A stretch of 64,000 bases of DNA from an uncultured Candidatus Bathyarchaeia archaeon (GCA_964598845.1 CAZRDM010000010.1:9431-73430); one strand, 5' to 3'; numbered from the stretch's first letter, positions 32,776-43,398 are shown. Made by a program: numbers and translations. The notes: generated by a model from the sequence alone, not told the origin.

Positions 32776-35118
32776 TTGAGTAAACTCATGCGCTGGTTCG
32801 ACGAGATTGGAAAGCAGGATGTTGCTCTTGTCGGAGGCAAGTCAGCAAGCTTGGGTGAGATGACATCAAGAACGAAGATTCCGATACCTTATGGCTTCGC
32901 TCTCACAGCGGAGGCGTATAGGCTCTTCCTCAGAGAAAATGGACTAGAAGATATGATGGCTGATGCGCTTGAACTTCTGAAAGATCCTAACGATACCCCT
33001 ACACTGCAGAAAGTGGGGGCTGAGATCAGACACTTGATCACCTCGGCGGAAATACCGAAGGAACTAGAGAAAATCATCGTTGACAGCTACGAGAGACTGG
33101 CCGTGCACGAGAAAGTTAAGAATCCGTTCGTTGCGATCCGAAGCTCTGCTACAGCTGAGGATCTTCCCGACGCAAGTTTTGCGGGTCAGCAGGAGACATA
33201 CCTGAATGTGTCTGGAGCGAAGAATGTTGTGGAAAAGGTTAGGGAATGCTATGCCAGCCTGTTCACCGATCGAGCCATCTTCTACAGGGTGCAGAAAGGA
33301 TTTAACCATCTTGACGTGGCTCTCTCAGCCATAGTTCAGATGATGTGCCACTCTGAATCCAGTGGCGTAATTTTCACCATGGATCCCACCAACGGCGATG
33401 AATCTGTTGTTATGATCGAGGCAACTTACGGGCTGGGCGAGTACGTTGTAAAAGGTAGCGTGACACCGGACACATACTACGTGGACAAGGGAACGCTCAA
33501 GATCATCCGAAAAACCATACCGACCAAGAATATAATGCTAGTGCAGAAACCGGACGGCGGGACCGAGGAGAAGCTCGTGCCTGACTCGCTGAAAGATGAC
33601 CAAGTCCTGGATGACGATAAGATAGTTGAACTCGCGAAGTATGCACTCAAGATCGAGGAGCATTATGGGCGAGCAATGGACATTGAATGGGGATTCGATA
33701 AACAGACCCGCAGGCTGCTCATACTGCAGGCGCGCCCTGAAACGGTGTGGTCCTTAAGAAAGATCCCGATCCCCCCGACGACAACCGCGGTAGTGTCAGA
33801 TAGAAGAATTCTTGTGAAGGGACTCCCAGCTTCGCCGGGGGTCGGAGCAGGCAAAGCCCACCTGATTCCATCAGTTGAGCGGGTGGGCGAATTTCAAACC
33901 GGCGAGATTTTGGTTACTGAAATGACAGCACCCGATTGGGTTCCCGCAATGAAGAAAGCCAGAGCAATTGTCACAGACTCTGGTGGCATGACCTGCCACG
34001 CGGCAATTGTGAGCAGGGAACTTGGAATTCCTTGCATCGTAGGTACCAAGGACGGAACACGAGTTCTAGCGACGGGAATGGACGTTACGGTGGACGCCAA
34101 GAGCGGTGTCGTTTATGAGGGAATATGCTTGGAGACGGCAATCTCCCAACCGCAGCCAACCTTCTTCTCGGGCCACTCAGGATACACGGAGGCTCCTGTG
34201 ACTGGGACAAAGATTTTCGTCAATCTCGGCGAGCCTGAGCTTGCGGAAAAAATCGCTCAGCTACCTGTTGACGGCGTCGGCCTTCTACGCATGGAATTCA
34301 TCGTGAGCGATCACATAAGGAAACATCCGATGTGGCTGATCGAGATGGGCCATCCTGAGGAATTTGTGAATAAATTGGCGGACGGACTGGCAACTTTCTG
34401 CAGGGCATTTTACCCGAGACCCGTGGTGCTCAGGTTCAGCGATTTCAAAACAAACGAGTACGCCAAACTGGAAGGTGGAGAGAAATACGAAGGTGCGGTA
34501 AAGGAGGCGAATCCTCTGCTCGGGTTCAGAGGAGCAAGCCGCTACACCGATCCGAGATATGAGCCAGCCTTCAAGCTTGAGATTGCCGCCGTCAAGAAAG
34601 TTCGGAACGATATGGGACTCAAGAATCTGTGGTGCATGATCCCCTTCAACAGGACGGTAGATGAATTTGTGAAGATTCGCGAGCTCATGCGACAGGAGGG
34701 CTTGAGGCAGGACGAGGACTTCAAGCTCTGGATAATGGCGGAAATCCCCAGCAACATCCTCCTCGCAGACGAGTTCTGCAAGGCAGGGGTCGACGGCTTT
34801 TCAATTGGAAGCAACGACCTTACCATGCTAATACTCGGCGCGGACAGAGACAACGAGACTCTCGCACACTTGTTCGATGAGAGAAACTTAGCTGTCAAAC
34901 GTGCCATCAAGAACCTCATAGACAATGCCCATCAACATGGCAAAACCGTCAGCATCTGTGGGCAAGCCCCAAGCGTCTACCCAGAGTTCACTAGGTTTCT
35001 GGTTGAGTCAGGAATTGACAGCATTTCAGCCAATCCCGATGCGGTGATACAGACGAGAAGAATCGTTGCTCAGGTCGAACAAAGGATCCTTCTAGAGAAA
35101 CTCACGGGTCAGCGCTAG
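32776..35118 (+). CDS. ppsA: Phosphoenolpyruvate synthase
   Basis: VGGKSASLGEM, the swivel-domain TCHAAIVSRELGIPCIVG, and a C-terminal PEP-utilising domain with GFSIGSNDLT. The start is TTG at 32776 or ATG at 32788. Confidence 0.95.
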   Translation: MSKLMRWFDEIGKQDVALVGGKSASLGEMTSRTKIPIPYGFALTAEAYRLFLRENGLEDMMADALELLKDPNDTPTLQKVGAEIRHLITSAEIPKELEKIIVDSYERLAVHEKVKNPFVAIRSSATAEDLPDASFAGQQETYLNVSGAKNVVEKVRECYASLFTDRAIFYRVQKGFNHLDVALSAIVQMMCHSESSGVIFTMDPTNGDESVVMIEATYGLGEYVVKGSVTPDTYYVDKGTLKIIRKTIPTKNIMLVQKPDGGTEEKLVPDSLKDDQVLDDDKIVELAKYALKIEEHYGRAMDIEWGFDKQTRRLLILQARPETVWSLRKIPIPPTTTAVVSDRRILVKGLPASPGVGAGKAHLIPSVERVGEFQTGEILVTEMTAPDWVPAMKKARAIVTDSGGMTCHAAIVSRELGIPCIVGTKDGTRVLATGMDVTVDAKSGVVYEGICLETAISQPQPTFFSGHSGYTEAPVTGTKIFVNLGEPELAEKIAQLPVDGVGLLRMEFIVSDHIRKHPMWLIEMGHPEEFVNKLADGLATFCRAFYPRPVVLRFSDFKTNEYAKLEGGEKYEGAVKEANPLLGFRGASRYTDPRYEPAFKLEIAAVKKVRNDMGLKNLWCMIPFNRTVDEFVKIRELMRQEGLRQDEDFKLWIMAEIPSNILLADEFCKAGVDGFSIGSNDLTMLILGADRDNETLAHLFDERNLAVKRAIKNLIDNAHQHGKTVSICGQAPSVYPEFTRFLVESGIDSISANPDAVIQTRRIVAQVEQRILLEKLTGQR

Positions 35119-35361
35119 GACGAAATTGCTCTAGCCAGCGTTCTGGTAACGAGATAGATCGGGGGCTACTTAGCGACTAGACGTAGTCCCACCAGATACT
35201 TACCCAATTAGCGTACTTCACCTGTGCCACTTCCCGCAAGACACGGGCGTACTCCATTTCGGTGGTACGACGTGCTGGACATCTAGCCGTCACGAAGCTC
35301 ACCGCTGACACGGTACTGTCCGTAATACAATTAAATGAAATCTTGTATTACTCTGGGATTC

Positions 35362-36240
35362 ATGAAACGACGCTACAGTATGACGCTAGACCCATCTCTG
35401 ATGCACAAGGTCGACCTATTGGTGAATGGAGCCCGATTTACAAATCGCTCCGAGACTGTGGAGTTCCTGTTGAAACTCGGAATGGAGCAGTTCAGACCAG
35501 AGCGGACTGCTCTGATACTTTGCGGCGGCCTCGAGACTCGCGTAAGACCAACTTCATTCTCAACCCCTAAACCCCTGTTACCAATAGGTTACAAAGCACT
35601 CCTAGAATACCAGATTGAATATCTCAAGCGATTTGAATTTGATAGAATCATTCTCGCTATCGGATACCTCCAAGAACAGATAGTCCGATACTTGGACGAG
35701 CACAGGCTAGGAATACGATTGCGGTACAGTTTCGAGAAAGAACCTCTCGACACTGGAGGAGCAATTAAGAATGCTGAAGCCATGATTGGCTCCGACTTTC
35801 TTGCGCTCAATGGCGACGTTATCTTCGCAGGTTTGGATCTCGATAAGTTGATCTATGCGCACAAGAAATCTAACGCTCTAGTTACAATCGTTCTTGCCAA
35901 ATCAAGGACGCCGACAAGGTTCGGAGCCGCGGATGTTGACAGCGATAATAGGGTGACAAGCTTCATCGAGAAACCCAAGAAGCAATTTCCAGGTGAGGTT
36001 TGGGTAAACGCGGGAGTATACGTAATTCGGCCCTCGATCCTCACAAGAATCCCAAAGGGAAGACGGACTTCTTTGGAACTGGACGTTTTCCCGAGACTTA
36101 TGCGCGAGGGAACCATCTTCGGTTACAAACATGAAGGTTACTGGGCTGATGTTGGAACGCCGGAAGACTACCTACGCGTCCAGAAAGACCTCCTGACGGG
36201 TGTTTTCAAACCTGAGGAAGCAACAGCAGAAACGAGTTGA
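35362..36240 (+). CDS. RHH-domain / sugar-phosphate nucleotidyltransferase fusion protein
   Basis: The N-terminal ~45 aa are RYSMTLDPSLMHKVDLLV...RSETVEFLLKLG (RHH-like). An NTP-transferase domain follows (ALILCGGLETRVRP..KPLLP, DTGGA, NGDV, EKP, GYWADVGTPEDY). Confidence 0.8.
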   Translation: MKRRYSMTLDPSLMHKVDLLVNGARFTNRSETVEFLLKLGMEQFRPERTALILCGGLETRVRPTSFSTPKPLLPIGYKALLEYQIEYLKRFEFDRIILAIGYLQEQIVRYLDEHRLGIRLRYSFEKEPLDTGGAIKNAEAMIGSDFLALNGDVIFAGLDLDKLIYAHKKSNALVTIVLAKSRTPTRFGAADVDSDNRVTSFIEKPKKQFPGEVWVNAGVYVIRPSILTRIPKGRRTSLELDVFPRLMREGTIFGYKHEGYWADVGTPEDYLRVQKDLLTGVFKPEEATAETS

Positions 36241-36255
36241 TCTGGCTATCCCTGC

Positions 36256-37425
36256 TCACGTTAACAATGGAATCCTGCTCTTCAGATCTCTAAGAACTTC
36301 ATCCGCATCGTGCTGCGTAACGCCGCGCGATAATGCAGGCCTCGCTTCATCGTCACTCTCAATCAATTCCGGAGCCTTTTCCCCAACGACTGCTTCGAAC
36401 AATTTCCGCCAGTTCTTGGGAATAATCGCGGCGTAATCGAAAGCCGCCAAAGTGGATGCCACGACCGTCCAAGTCCTGGCGACATTGGCCAAATTGTAAC
36501 CACCGCCTCCGAAAACGATCAGGCGAGCCTCACTGATGTCATGGGCAAGATTGTGTACGGTAGAAGCAATCTCACGGTACGCTTTCGTTGTAATTTGAAG
36601 ATGAGCAAGGAGGTCGTTTGCGTGAGCATCTGCTCCGCATTGCATCAGGAAGACCTGTGGACGATATTTTCTGACAGCGGCTGGAACTATCTGCCTGAAC
36701 AAGTTGAGATAGACATCATTGCCTGTGAATGGGGGAAGTGGAACATTGATTTTGAGGCCGGAAGCTTTCCCTTCTCCGATTTCTTGAATAAATCCTGTCC
36801 CTGGGAAGAGGTGGCGTCCATCTTCATGGAAATCTATGTCTAGGACAGCTGGGTCAGAGTAGAATCCATACATAACGCCATCTCCGTGATGTGCATCAAC
36901 ATCCAGGTATAGTATTCTTTCAGCTGCGTACTTCCGCTTCAGGTATGAAATTGAAACTGCTGGATCATTGAATATACAAAACCCTGAAGCACTATGTGGA
37001 TGGGCATGGTGAAGACCTCCAGCAATATTCATAGCGTGCGAGAATTTCCCAGACATGACGAGATCGATAGCCATCAATGAAGCTCCCGTAGCTAGCGCAG
37101 AAGCTTCATAACACCCAGGAAATACCGGGGTGTCCCCAATATCGAAAAGCCCCTTTCCCGAGCGACTCATGCGACCTACAAGGTTCAAGTACTCTTCTAG
37201 ATGAAAGAGGAGAAGCTCTTCGCGACTGGCCACGCGAGGTTCGACGACTTTAACATTTGGAGAAGAGAGAAGCCCCACTGCTTTCATCAGCTCGAATGTG
37301 AGCTTCAACCTAGTAGGTTTGAGGGGATGAGCTGGACCAAAATCGTACTGTTGAAACGAATCGCTGTAGACGATGCCGAGCGTCAGTGGTAGCCCCTCAC
37401 GAAGCGACTCCCACCAATTCAGCAC
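36256..37425 (-). CDS. Histone deacetylase / acetoin utilisation (AcuC) family deacetylase
   Basis: GGLHHAHPHSASGFCIFND and DVDAHHGDG motifs. Confidence 0.85.
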   Translation of the reverse strand: MLNWWESLREGLPLTLGIVYSDSFQQYDFGPAHPLKPTRLKLTFELMKAVGLLSSPNVKVVEPRVASREELLLFHLEEYLNLVGRMSRSGKGLFDIGDTPVFPGCYEASALATGASLMAIDLVMSGKFSHAMNIAGGLHHAHPHSASGFCIFNDPAVSISYLKRKYAAERILYLDVDAHHGDGVMYGFYSDPAVLDIDFHEDGRHLFPGTGFIQEIGEGKASGLKINVPLPPFTGNDVYLNLFRQIVPAAVRKYRPQVFLMQCGADAHANDLLAHLQITTKAYREIASTVHNLAHDISEARLIVFGGGGYNLANVARTWTVVASTLAAFDYAAIIPKNWRKLFEAVVGEKAPELIESDDEARPALSRGVTQHDADEVLRDLKSRIPLLT

Positions 37426-37561
37426 GGCACAATATCACTTATTCGAACTCCTGAGTTCAGTTCTCCATGTCGGTTTGCGGCTTCAATCTAGACCTCGACG
37501 GATTTTCATTAGCCCAAACTTGAATAGTCCATACGTCATTAACGGAACTCGGTGCCCGAAG

Positions 37562-37908
37562 GTGCTACAATCCCCAGACACATTCAAGCTCACAATAACC
37601 GAGAAAGCCGCAGAGAAGATCAAAGCAGCCATGAAAAAACAAGGAAAGAAAGACGCAATCTGCGTGTGTGCATATCCGGCGGCGGTTGCCACGGTTTCCA
37701 GTACAGTCTGACTTTCGATAGCAAGAACGACCACGACCATGTCATAGAAGTCCATGGCGTCAAGATAATTTTCGATGAGCAAAGCGCTCCATACTTGGAG
37801 GAGGCTGAGATTGACTACGTAGAGTCAGTCATGGGAGAAGGTTTCATGGTAAACAACCCAAACGCAGTCGAAACCTGCGGTTGCGGGCACCCCTTCAAAG
37901 CTAAGTAG
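37562..37908 (+). pseudogene. IscA/HesB-family Fe-S cluster insertion protein interrupted by a 1-nt frameshift (or assembly error)
   Basis: One frame encodes VLQSPDTFKLTITEKAAEKIKAAMKKQGKKDA. The frame offset by -1 encodes NLRVCISGGGCHGFQYSLTFD...NPNAVETCGCGHPF. The junction is at about 37655-37660 (gacgcaatctg). Confidence 0.75.
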
Positions 37909-38037
37909 CGCTACCAATCCGCCACCGGACCACTTAGAAAACCTCGCCTCCTTTTCTCATAAGAGGGTCACGGAATAGTAGGAGGCCCGAAGCATTGCTC
38001 CTTGCAGCGAATTATGTAGCCAATGCGAGAACTGTAT

Positions 38038-39576
38038 TCAGCAGGGCTCGATTGTTGATGGTGGTTTGGATGTTATGGCGTAACTCACCCAAGTGACGCC
38101 TTGGACTTCCCCGGCTATTCGACTGCTGATTTCCTCTAGGACACCGCTTGGAAGTCTAGCCCAATCCGCGGTCATACCGTCCAATGAAGTAACAATGCGC
38201 ACTGTAACCATATGGCCCAATTTTCTCTCATCACCCAAGACTCCAACGGCCAAGTCGTCACCGACAATTGCAAACGCTTGCCAGATCGAATCGTACAATC
38301 CGTGACGCAAGAGAACATCCTCGACTATCATTCCTGCTTCACGGCAAATCCTGAGCTTCTCTTCCGTTATTTCACCAGTTATCCGAACTGCCAAACCTGG
38401 TCCAGGAAATGGGTGCCTTCCAACTATCGCATCTGGTATGCCAAGTTCCTTGGCCAGTTTCCTGACCTCGTCCTTGTAGAGGAATTTCAACGGTTCAATG
38501 GTTCCGAACTTCGACCATTCAGGTATGCCTGCAACATTGTGGTGGGTCTTGATCCTAGAAGCGGGGCTCCCAGTTCCCGCGCTCTCAATTACGTCCGGGT
38601 AAAGCGTCCCCTGAGCCAGCCATCGAAAAGTTCCAAGCTTAGCGCTTTCTTCGGTGAAGACCTTGATGAACTCCTCGCCGATGATCTTGCGCTTCTCCTC
38701 AGGATCTTTGACTCCTCTTAGTCGTTCAAGAAAACGCTTGGATGCCTCCACATTGTGGAGATTGAGGTTGAGATCTTCCTTCAGAGTCTTTAGGATAAGC
38801 TTCTCTTCATCCATTCTTAGTAATCCGTGATTCACAAAGACGCATGATAACTTGTCACCTACGGCTCGCTGCACTAGCACTGCCGTTGTGGTTGAATCTA
38901 TGCCTCCGCTAACGGCACATAATACCCTGTCATTCCCGACCTCTGAACGAATATGATTGACTGTCGTTTCGATGATTGACTGTGAAGTCCAAGTTGGCGA
39001 ACAGCCACTTATGACATTGGCAAAATTCTTGATGATATCGATTCCCCTCTCTGTATGCGCCACCTCCGGATGGAATTGAACGCCATACAGACGCCGTGAT
39101 GACTCACGGATTGCAGCCGTGAAGCAGTTCTCCGAGCTCGCTATGACTTCGAATCCCTTCGGAAGCTCCTCAGCATAATCCCCGTGACTCATCCATGAAA
39201 CAATAGACCCACCGATGCCGCTGAACAGATCAGTTGAATCTCTGATTTCTAGCGGAGTCTTCCCATATTCGCGGCGCTTGGTGGCTTTGACCCTACCTCC
39301 GAGCATTTGGACCATGAGCTGCAGACCGTAGCAGATGCCGAGAACGGGTATCCCCTGCTGGAAAATCTGAGGATCGCATTTAGGGGCATTTTCGTCGTAG
39401 ACGCTTGCAGGTCCTCCGGAGAGTACAACGCCCTTCGCGTTTATTCTGAGGAGCTCTTTCGCGGGAGTTGTGTAGTGAAGAAGCTCCGAATAGACTTCAC
39501 ATTCCCTTATCCGCCGAGTGATAAGATGAGAGTACTGTCCCCCAAAATCAAGGACAGCAACCACTTCTCTCGGCAT
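38038..39576 (-). CDS. guaA: GMP synthase (glutamine-hydrolysing)
   Basis: GATase domain (GICYGLQL, HPE), PP-loop AVSGGIDST, and a conserved C-terminal dimerisation domain ending TIEPC. Confidence 0.95.
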   Translation of the reverse strand: MPREVVAVLDFGGQYSHLITRRIRECEVYSELLHYTTPAKELLRINAKGVVLSGGPASVYDENAPKCDPQIFQQGIPVLGICYGLQLMVQMLGGRVKATKRREYGKTPLEIRDSTDLFSGIGGSIVSWMSHGDYAEELPKGFEVIASSENCFTAAIRESSRRLYGVQFHPEVAHTERGIDIIKNFANVISGCSPTWTSQSIIETTVNHIRSEVGNDRVLCAVSGGIDSTTTAVLVQRAVGDKLSCVFVNHGLLRMDEEKLILKTLKEDLNLNLHNVEASKRFLERLRGVKDPEEKRKIIGEEFIKVFTEESAKLGTFRWLAQGTLYPDVIESAGTGSPASRIKTHHNVAGIPEWSKFGTIEPLKFLYKDEVRKLAKELGIPDAIVGRHPFPGPGLAVRITGEITEEKLRICREAGMIVEDVLLRHGLYDSIWQAFAIVGDDLAVGVLGDERKLGHMVTVRIVTSLDGMTADWARLPSGVLEEISSRIAGEVQGVTWVSYAITSKPPSTIEPC

Positions 39577-39636
39577 CGCCCATCAATCACTCATGTAGGT
39601 ATTGCAACATTAACGTTGCCACAAGGAGGTTTGGGA

Positions 39637-40179
39637 TCATTTGATTCTCTTGAGACCTGTCGGATACCTTAGCGCTAGGTCTGCGTACGCGTCCTTGTAC
39701 TTGTTCCAGAGTTGTTTGTCTGACTCTGTAACATCTCGAACGATCTTGGCAGGGATACCCACGGCCACTTTTCCGTCAGGGATTGATTGACCGATCGTCA
39801 CGACAGCGCCTTCGCCGATAATGCTCCACACGCCGACCACGGCGTAGTCGCTGACGACCGCTCCAACCCCTATCACGGCATACTCCTTTATGGTGCAATT
39901 GTGTAGCAGCGCACCATGGCCGACCTGGACATGGCTTCCAACTTCACATTTCTCGTTAATGCGTGCGTGTAAGACACAGTTTTCCTGAACACTCGTTCTA
40001 TCGCCGATTACGACTTTTCCATAGTCGCCCCTAATTCTGGCGCCTGGACCTATGTAGCACTGTTCTCCAATTATTACATCACCAACGACCTTGGCATCTT
40101 CGTCCACGTAGGCGGATGTAGCGATCGATGGCACGCGTCCTTCGAATTCAAAAATGCCCAAGTATCTTCCCGACCCCAT
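39637..40179 (-). CDS. Gamma-carbonic anhydrase-like / left-handed beta-helix (hexapeptide) protein
   Basis: Repeated hexapeptide pattern and size typical of the YrdA/PaaY/CaiE family. Confidence 0.8.
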   Translation of the reverse strand: MGSGRYLGIFEFEGRVPSIATSAYVDEDAKVVGDVIIGEQCYIGPGARIRGDYGKVVIGDRTSVQENCVLHARINEKCEVGSHVQVGHGALLHNCTIKEYAVIGVGAVVSDYAVVGVWSIIGEGAVVTIGQSIPDGKVAVGIPAKIVRDVTESDKQLWNKYKDAYADLALRYPTGLKRIK

Positions 40180-40392
40180 TTCCTCAATCGAAGCTTATCG
40201 CAGCTAATGGGACGTGAGCATGCCACCTGCTATATTCGTTTTACCCGTCATCATGTATCCAGCGTAAACGGTTCCACGAATTCAAGAACGATCACATCTA
40301 GCCCGATACCACCGATACAAGCCAACTTTGATGATGCATCCGTGATGCTGAAACATTGATATACGATATTGGGGGAACCCCGTCTTCAAGGC

Positions 40393-40944
40393 ATGTCATT
40401 GCTTCGAGCGATTTCGGATCTGGTAACACGGAAAATCATACCTAGGAACCTGAGATATCGTTTTGCGCGATCAGGCCACGGGAGAGAATTCGATCATCTT
40501 GCGGCTTACAGGGAGCAAAGTGGTTCGGAGCATTGCCCTTGCTGTAGAATGCCCCTTGTGACGAAGACAGAGAATCACCTGACAATGTCGCACAACGTGC
40601 GAACTTGTCAACTTGTCAACCTAGCGCTTGCGAACTTAGGCATAAGCCTTGACCAATGCGTGCAGGTGAGGATCTACCCGTATTTCGGACCGTTGAAAGG
40701 ATACTACTCTCCAGCGAATCCGTTCACAATTCACATTTCGGAAGAGATGTACCAGCTGTTCCCCGAATATGTCATCTTCCATGAGACGAAACATTTGGTT
40801 GACTGCCTGGGGAAAGGATGGAGTGAGGAGAGTTCACCTGACCCGTTTGCCCGCGAGTTGTGCGGGAGGTATGGGTTCAGATGCCCGCCTCCGCACCAAT
40901 CTGTCGCTATGATTAATCTCACTGGCGTGCAGATGTCCTGTTAG
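40393..40944 (+). CDS. Hypothetical protein with HExxH (FHETKH) and CPCC motifs
   Basis: The ORF has one HExxH motif and several Cys residues. I recognise no family. The ATG at 40393 is preferred over the TTG at 40369. Confidence 0.5.
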   Translation: MSLLRAISDLVTRKIIPRNLRYRFARSGHGREFDHLAAYREQSGSEHCPCCRMPLVTKTENHLTMSHNVRTCQLVNLALANLGISLDQCVQVRIYPYFGPLKGYYSPANPFTIHISEEMYQLFPEYVIFHETKHLVDCLGKGWSEESSPDPFARELCGRYGFRCPPPHQSVAMINLTGVQMSC

Positions 40945-41034
40945 CTTGTCCGGTACGCTGACTCACGATGCAGATTGGGAAACGCTAGTCAGGTCAGAGC
41001 TCTTCGCTTCACGAAGTCACAGTTGCGTTAACTC

Positions 41035-41430
41035 TCAACTCAAAACGTACAGCTTTATCTTCTCTTCCAGTTGGCTCTTCGGAAGTGCTCCCACTATCCT
41101 ATCTACTTCTTCCCCGTTCTTCATGACGAGCAGTGTAGGGATGGCCATGATACCGAACCGCTGTGCGGTCTCCGGATTTTCGTCAACATTCAACTTGCCA
41201 AAGACTATCTTACCGCTGTATTCCTTCGCCAGCGCCTCAACAATCGGAGCGATGGCGCGGCAAGGGGCGCACCAAGCGGCCCAACAGTCTACAACCAACA
41301 ACGGGTAGGTCTTCACAGTCTGGTCGAAATTCCTATCGCTAACCACAATGGGCCTGTCAATGCTGGGTGTTGACATTTTCTCCATTAGTTCACGCATCTT
41401 CCTTGTTCGTATGTCGTCAAGCTCATCCAA
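41035..41430 (-). CDS. trxA: Thioredoxin
   Basis: WAAWCAPC active site and a thioredoxin fold length, with an N-terminal extension. Confidence 0.9.
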   Translation of the reverse strand: MDELDDIRTRKMRELMEKMSTPSIDRPIVVSDRNFDQTVKTYPLLVVDCWAAWCAPCRAIAPIVEALAKEYSGKIVFGKLNVDENPETAQRFGIMAIPTLLVMKNGEEVDRIVGALPKSQLEEKIKLYVLS

Positions 41431-41763
41431 AGTTGGACCTCTTTCGAGAGCTCAGGCGACACAGTAATCATTTGTTATAAACATACCCTGCGACTAACTC
41501 AATTGATACTACGCATTAACACCATAGACTTCTGCGAAGATCAAACCAAAAACCCGACCTGATCATTGAAGTCACATCGAAGATGGGGGCACTGGCTGGA
41601 AGGATTAGTCAGAAACGCTGCTTTCGCTCGGGATATCGTAAGCAACCGGAGGCCGTGTCGGAGTACTTGATGAATTCCGCGAGCTTCTCTGAGAATTCTT
41701 GGAAATACTTTCCGCATCAACCTTAAGAACGGTCGCGTGGAAGGTTTCAACTTGTGAGAGCTG

Positions 41764-42912
41764 TTGGGTCTTGATTTTGATTTCAGCGAAGAACAGGAAC
41801 TCTTCAGAAGAACGATCCGCGAATTCGCTAGAAAGGAGATTGCTCCGAGAGTTAGGGGATATGAACGTAAGAGAGAGTTTCCCTGGGAAATCTACAGAAA
41901 GATGGGACAGAATGGGCTTCTAGGTCTACGATTCCCCAGAGAGTACGGAGGTCAAGACGCAGACGCTGTCACGATGGGAATCCTAGTCGAAGAACTGGCT
42001 CGAGTTGGGTGGCAGATACCCCTCGGGGACATCATGGGAGAAATCCTTGCGCTTCACGGCTCTGAAGAGTTGAAGTCAGAGTGGCTTCCCCCGTTGGCAA
42101 AGGGCGAAAAGATTCTCGGAGTGGCCAACACCGAGCCCTCCGCGGGCTCCGACGCCGCAGCAATCATCACGCGTGCAGTGCGGCAAGGTGAGCACTATGT
42201 CCTCAAAGGAGAAAAGCAGTACATCACAGGCATCAATGAGTGTGCGGCATACTGCGTTCTGGCAAAGACGGATCCAGACAAGGGTTCGAAGGGAGTGAGC
42301 ATGTTCTTGGTTGAGATGAACCGACCGGGGGTTGAGAAATACGATCTTGACGCTTTGGGCTGGAGGCTTTTCTCCTTTGGGGGCATCGTTCTCAAAGATG
42401 TCAAGATTCCCGCAACGAATCTGATCGGAGAGGAAAATCGAGGTTTCACCTACGTAATGGAAACATTCGATCTGATGCGTACGCTGCTTGGCATATGGTG
42501 TGTCGGTATGGCTGAGGGGGCGCTTGATGAGAATATTGAATACGTGAAGCAGCGAAGCGCGTTTGGACGCCTGATAGCGAAATTTGAGTCGGTTCAATCC
42601 CGCATAGTTGATGGCTACACCCGACTTGAAGCAGCGCGGCTACTTTGCTACAGAACACTCTGGTTGAAAGATAAGGGCCACAAGATTACGAAGGACTCAG
42701 CCATGATCAAATGGTACACTCCTGAGGTTGCCTTCGATGTGGTGAACGACTGCCTGCAAAATCGAGGGGCAATCGGATTCACAACAGAATGTATGGACGA
42801 ATACCGATTGCGAGAAATTCGAGGTGCGATGATAGGCGACGGAACTGCCGACATCAACAAGATCATTGTTGCACGTGAGTTGCTAGGCAGGGAGTTCTTG
42901 CCCTATCGGTAA
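41764..42912 (+). CDS. Acyl-CoA dehydrogenase
   Basis: 382 aa. N-terminal FSEEQELFR, TEPSAGSD, and a C-terminal IGDGTADINKIIVAREL typical of ACADs. Confidence 0.9.
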   Translation: MGLDFDFSEEQELFRRTIREFARKEIAPRVRGYERKREFPWEIYRKMGQNGLLGLRFPREYGGQDADAVTMGILVEELARVGWQIPLGDIMGEILALHGSEELKSEWLPPLAKGEKILGVANTEPSAGSDAAAIITRAVRQGEHYVLKGEKQYITGINECAAYCVLAKTDPDKGSKGVSMFLVEMNRPGVEKYDLDALGWRLFSFGGIVLKDVKIPATNLIGEENRGFTYVMETFDLMRTLLGIWCVGMAEGALDENIEYVKQRSAFGRLIAKFESVQSRIVDGYTRLEAARLLCYRTLWLKDKGHKITKDSAMIKWYTPEVAFDVVNDCLQNRGAIGFTTECMDEYRLREIRGAMIGDGTADINKIIVARELLGREFLPYR

Positions 42913-43075
42913 GAACATGTGCCATTCGGATCTGCAGAATCTTACGCGGTATCAACAGGAGATGCTGGCGAATCGCAGACCATTAGTGACGACGCTATCT
43001 CGTGCCCTTCTAATAGGAGGTCGCTAAAGATGCCGGCCTCTATTGGCCGGACCAATCAGTCTTGAGAACCGAATC

Positions 43076-43327
43076 CTACTTCCCCTCGCTGACGATGGTT
43101 GTCAAAGTCGAGCGTATTTTGTCCAGTCTCCGAATCTTCCAAGTAATCACTTCTTTCAGACGATCCATAGATTCAGTCTCAACCTTTGCAACAATGTCGT
43201 AAACACCGTATACGAAGTATGATTCCTTGACCTCAGGGACTTGACGGAGGCTCTTCAAGACATCATTTTCTGCACCTGCGTCAATATTCATAAAGACGAA
43301 AGCTTTCGGCATTGAGGCAAACCCCAT
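43076..43327 (-). CDS. Stand-alone Lrp/AsnC-type RAM domain protein
   Basis: 83 aa. AFVFMNIDAG...VPEVKESYFVYGVYDIVAKVE matches the RAM-domain pattern. Confidence 0.7.
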   Translation of the reverse strand: MGFASMPKAFVFMNIDAGAENDVLKSLRQVPEVKESYFVYGVYDIVAKVETESMDRLKEVITWKIRRLDKIRSTLTTIVSEGK

Positions 43328-43398
43328 GCAAGAGTACGGTTGACGAAGATTAAGAGATTATCTATGAGGGCGTATTCCAGCCGGAGGGGGACGGACAG

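Noticed and set aside
38212-38721. A 169-aa ORF antisense to guaA. Similar long antisense ORFs occur at 42076-42597 (ACAD), 55326-55778, 56752-57174 and 57187-57621 (atpA/atpB), 54522-54941 (M29), 23522-23941 (ParB-like) and 697-1107 (TrmB).
   Set aside because: All of them overlap highly conserved sense genes and none shows domain motifs. I treat them as shadow ORFs.
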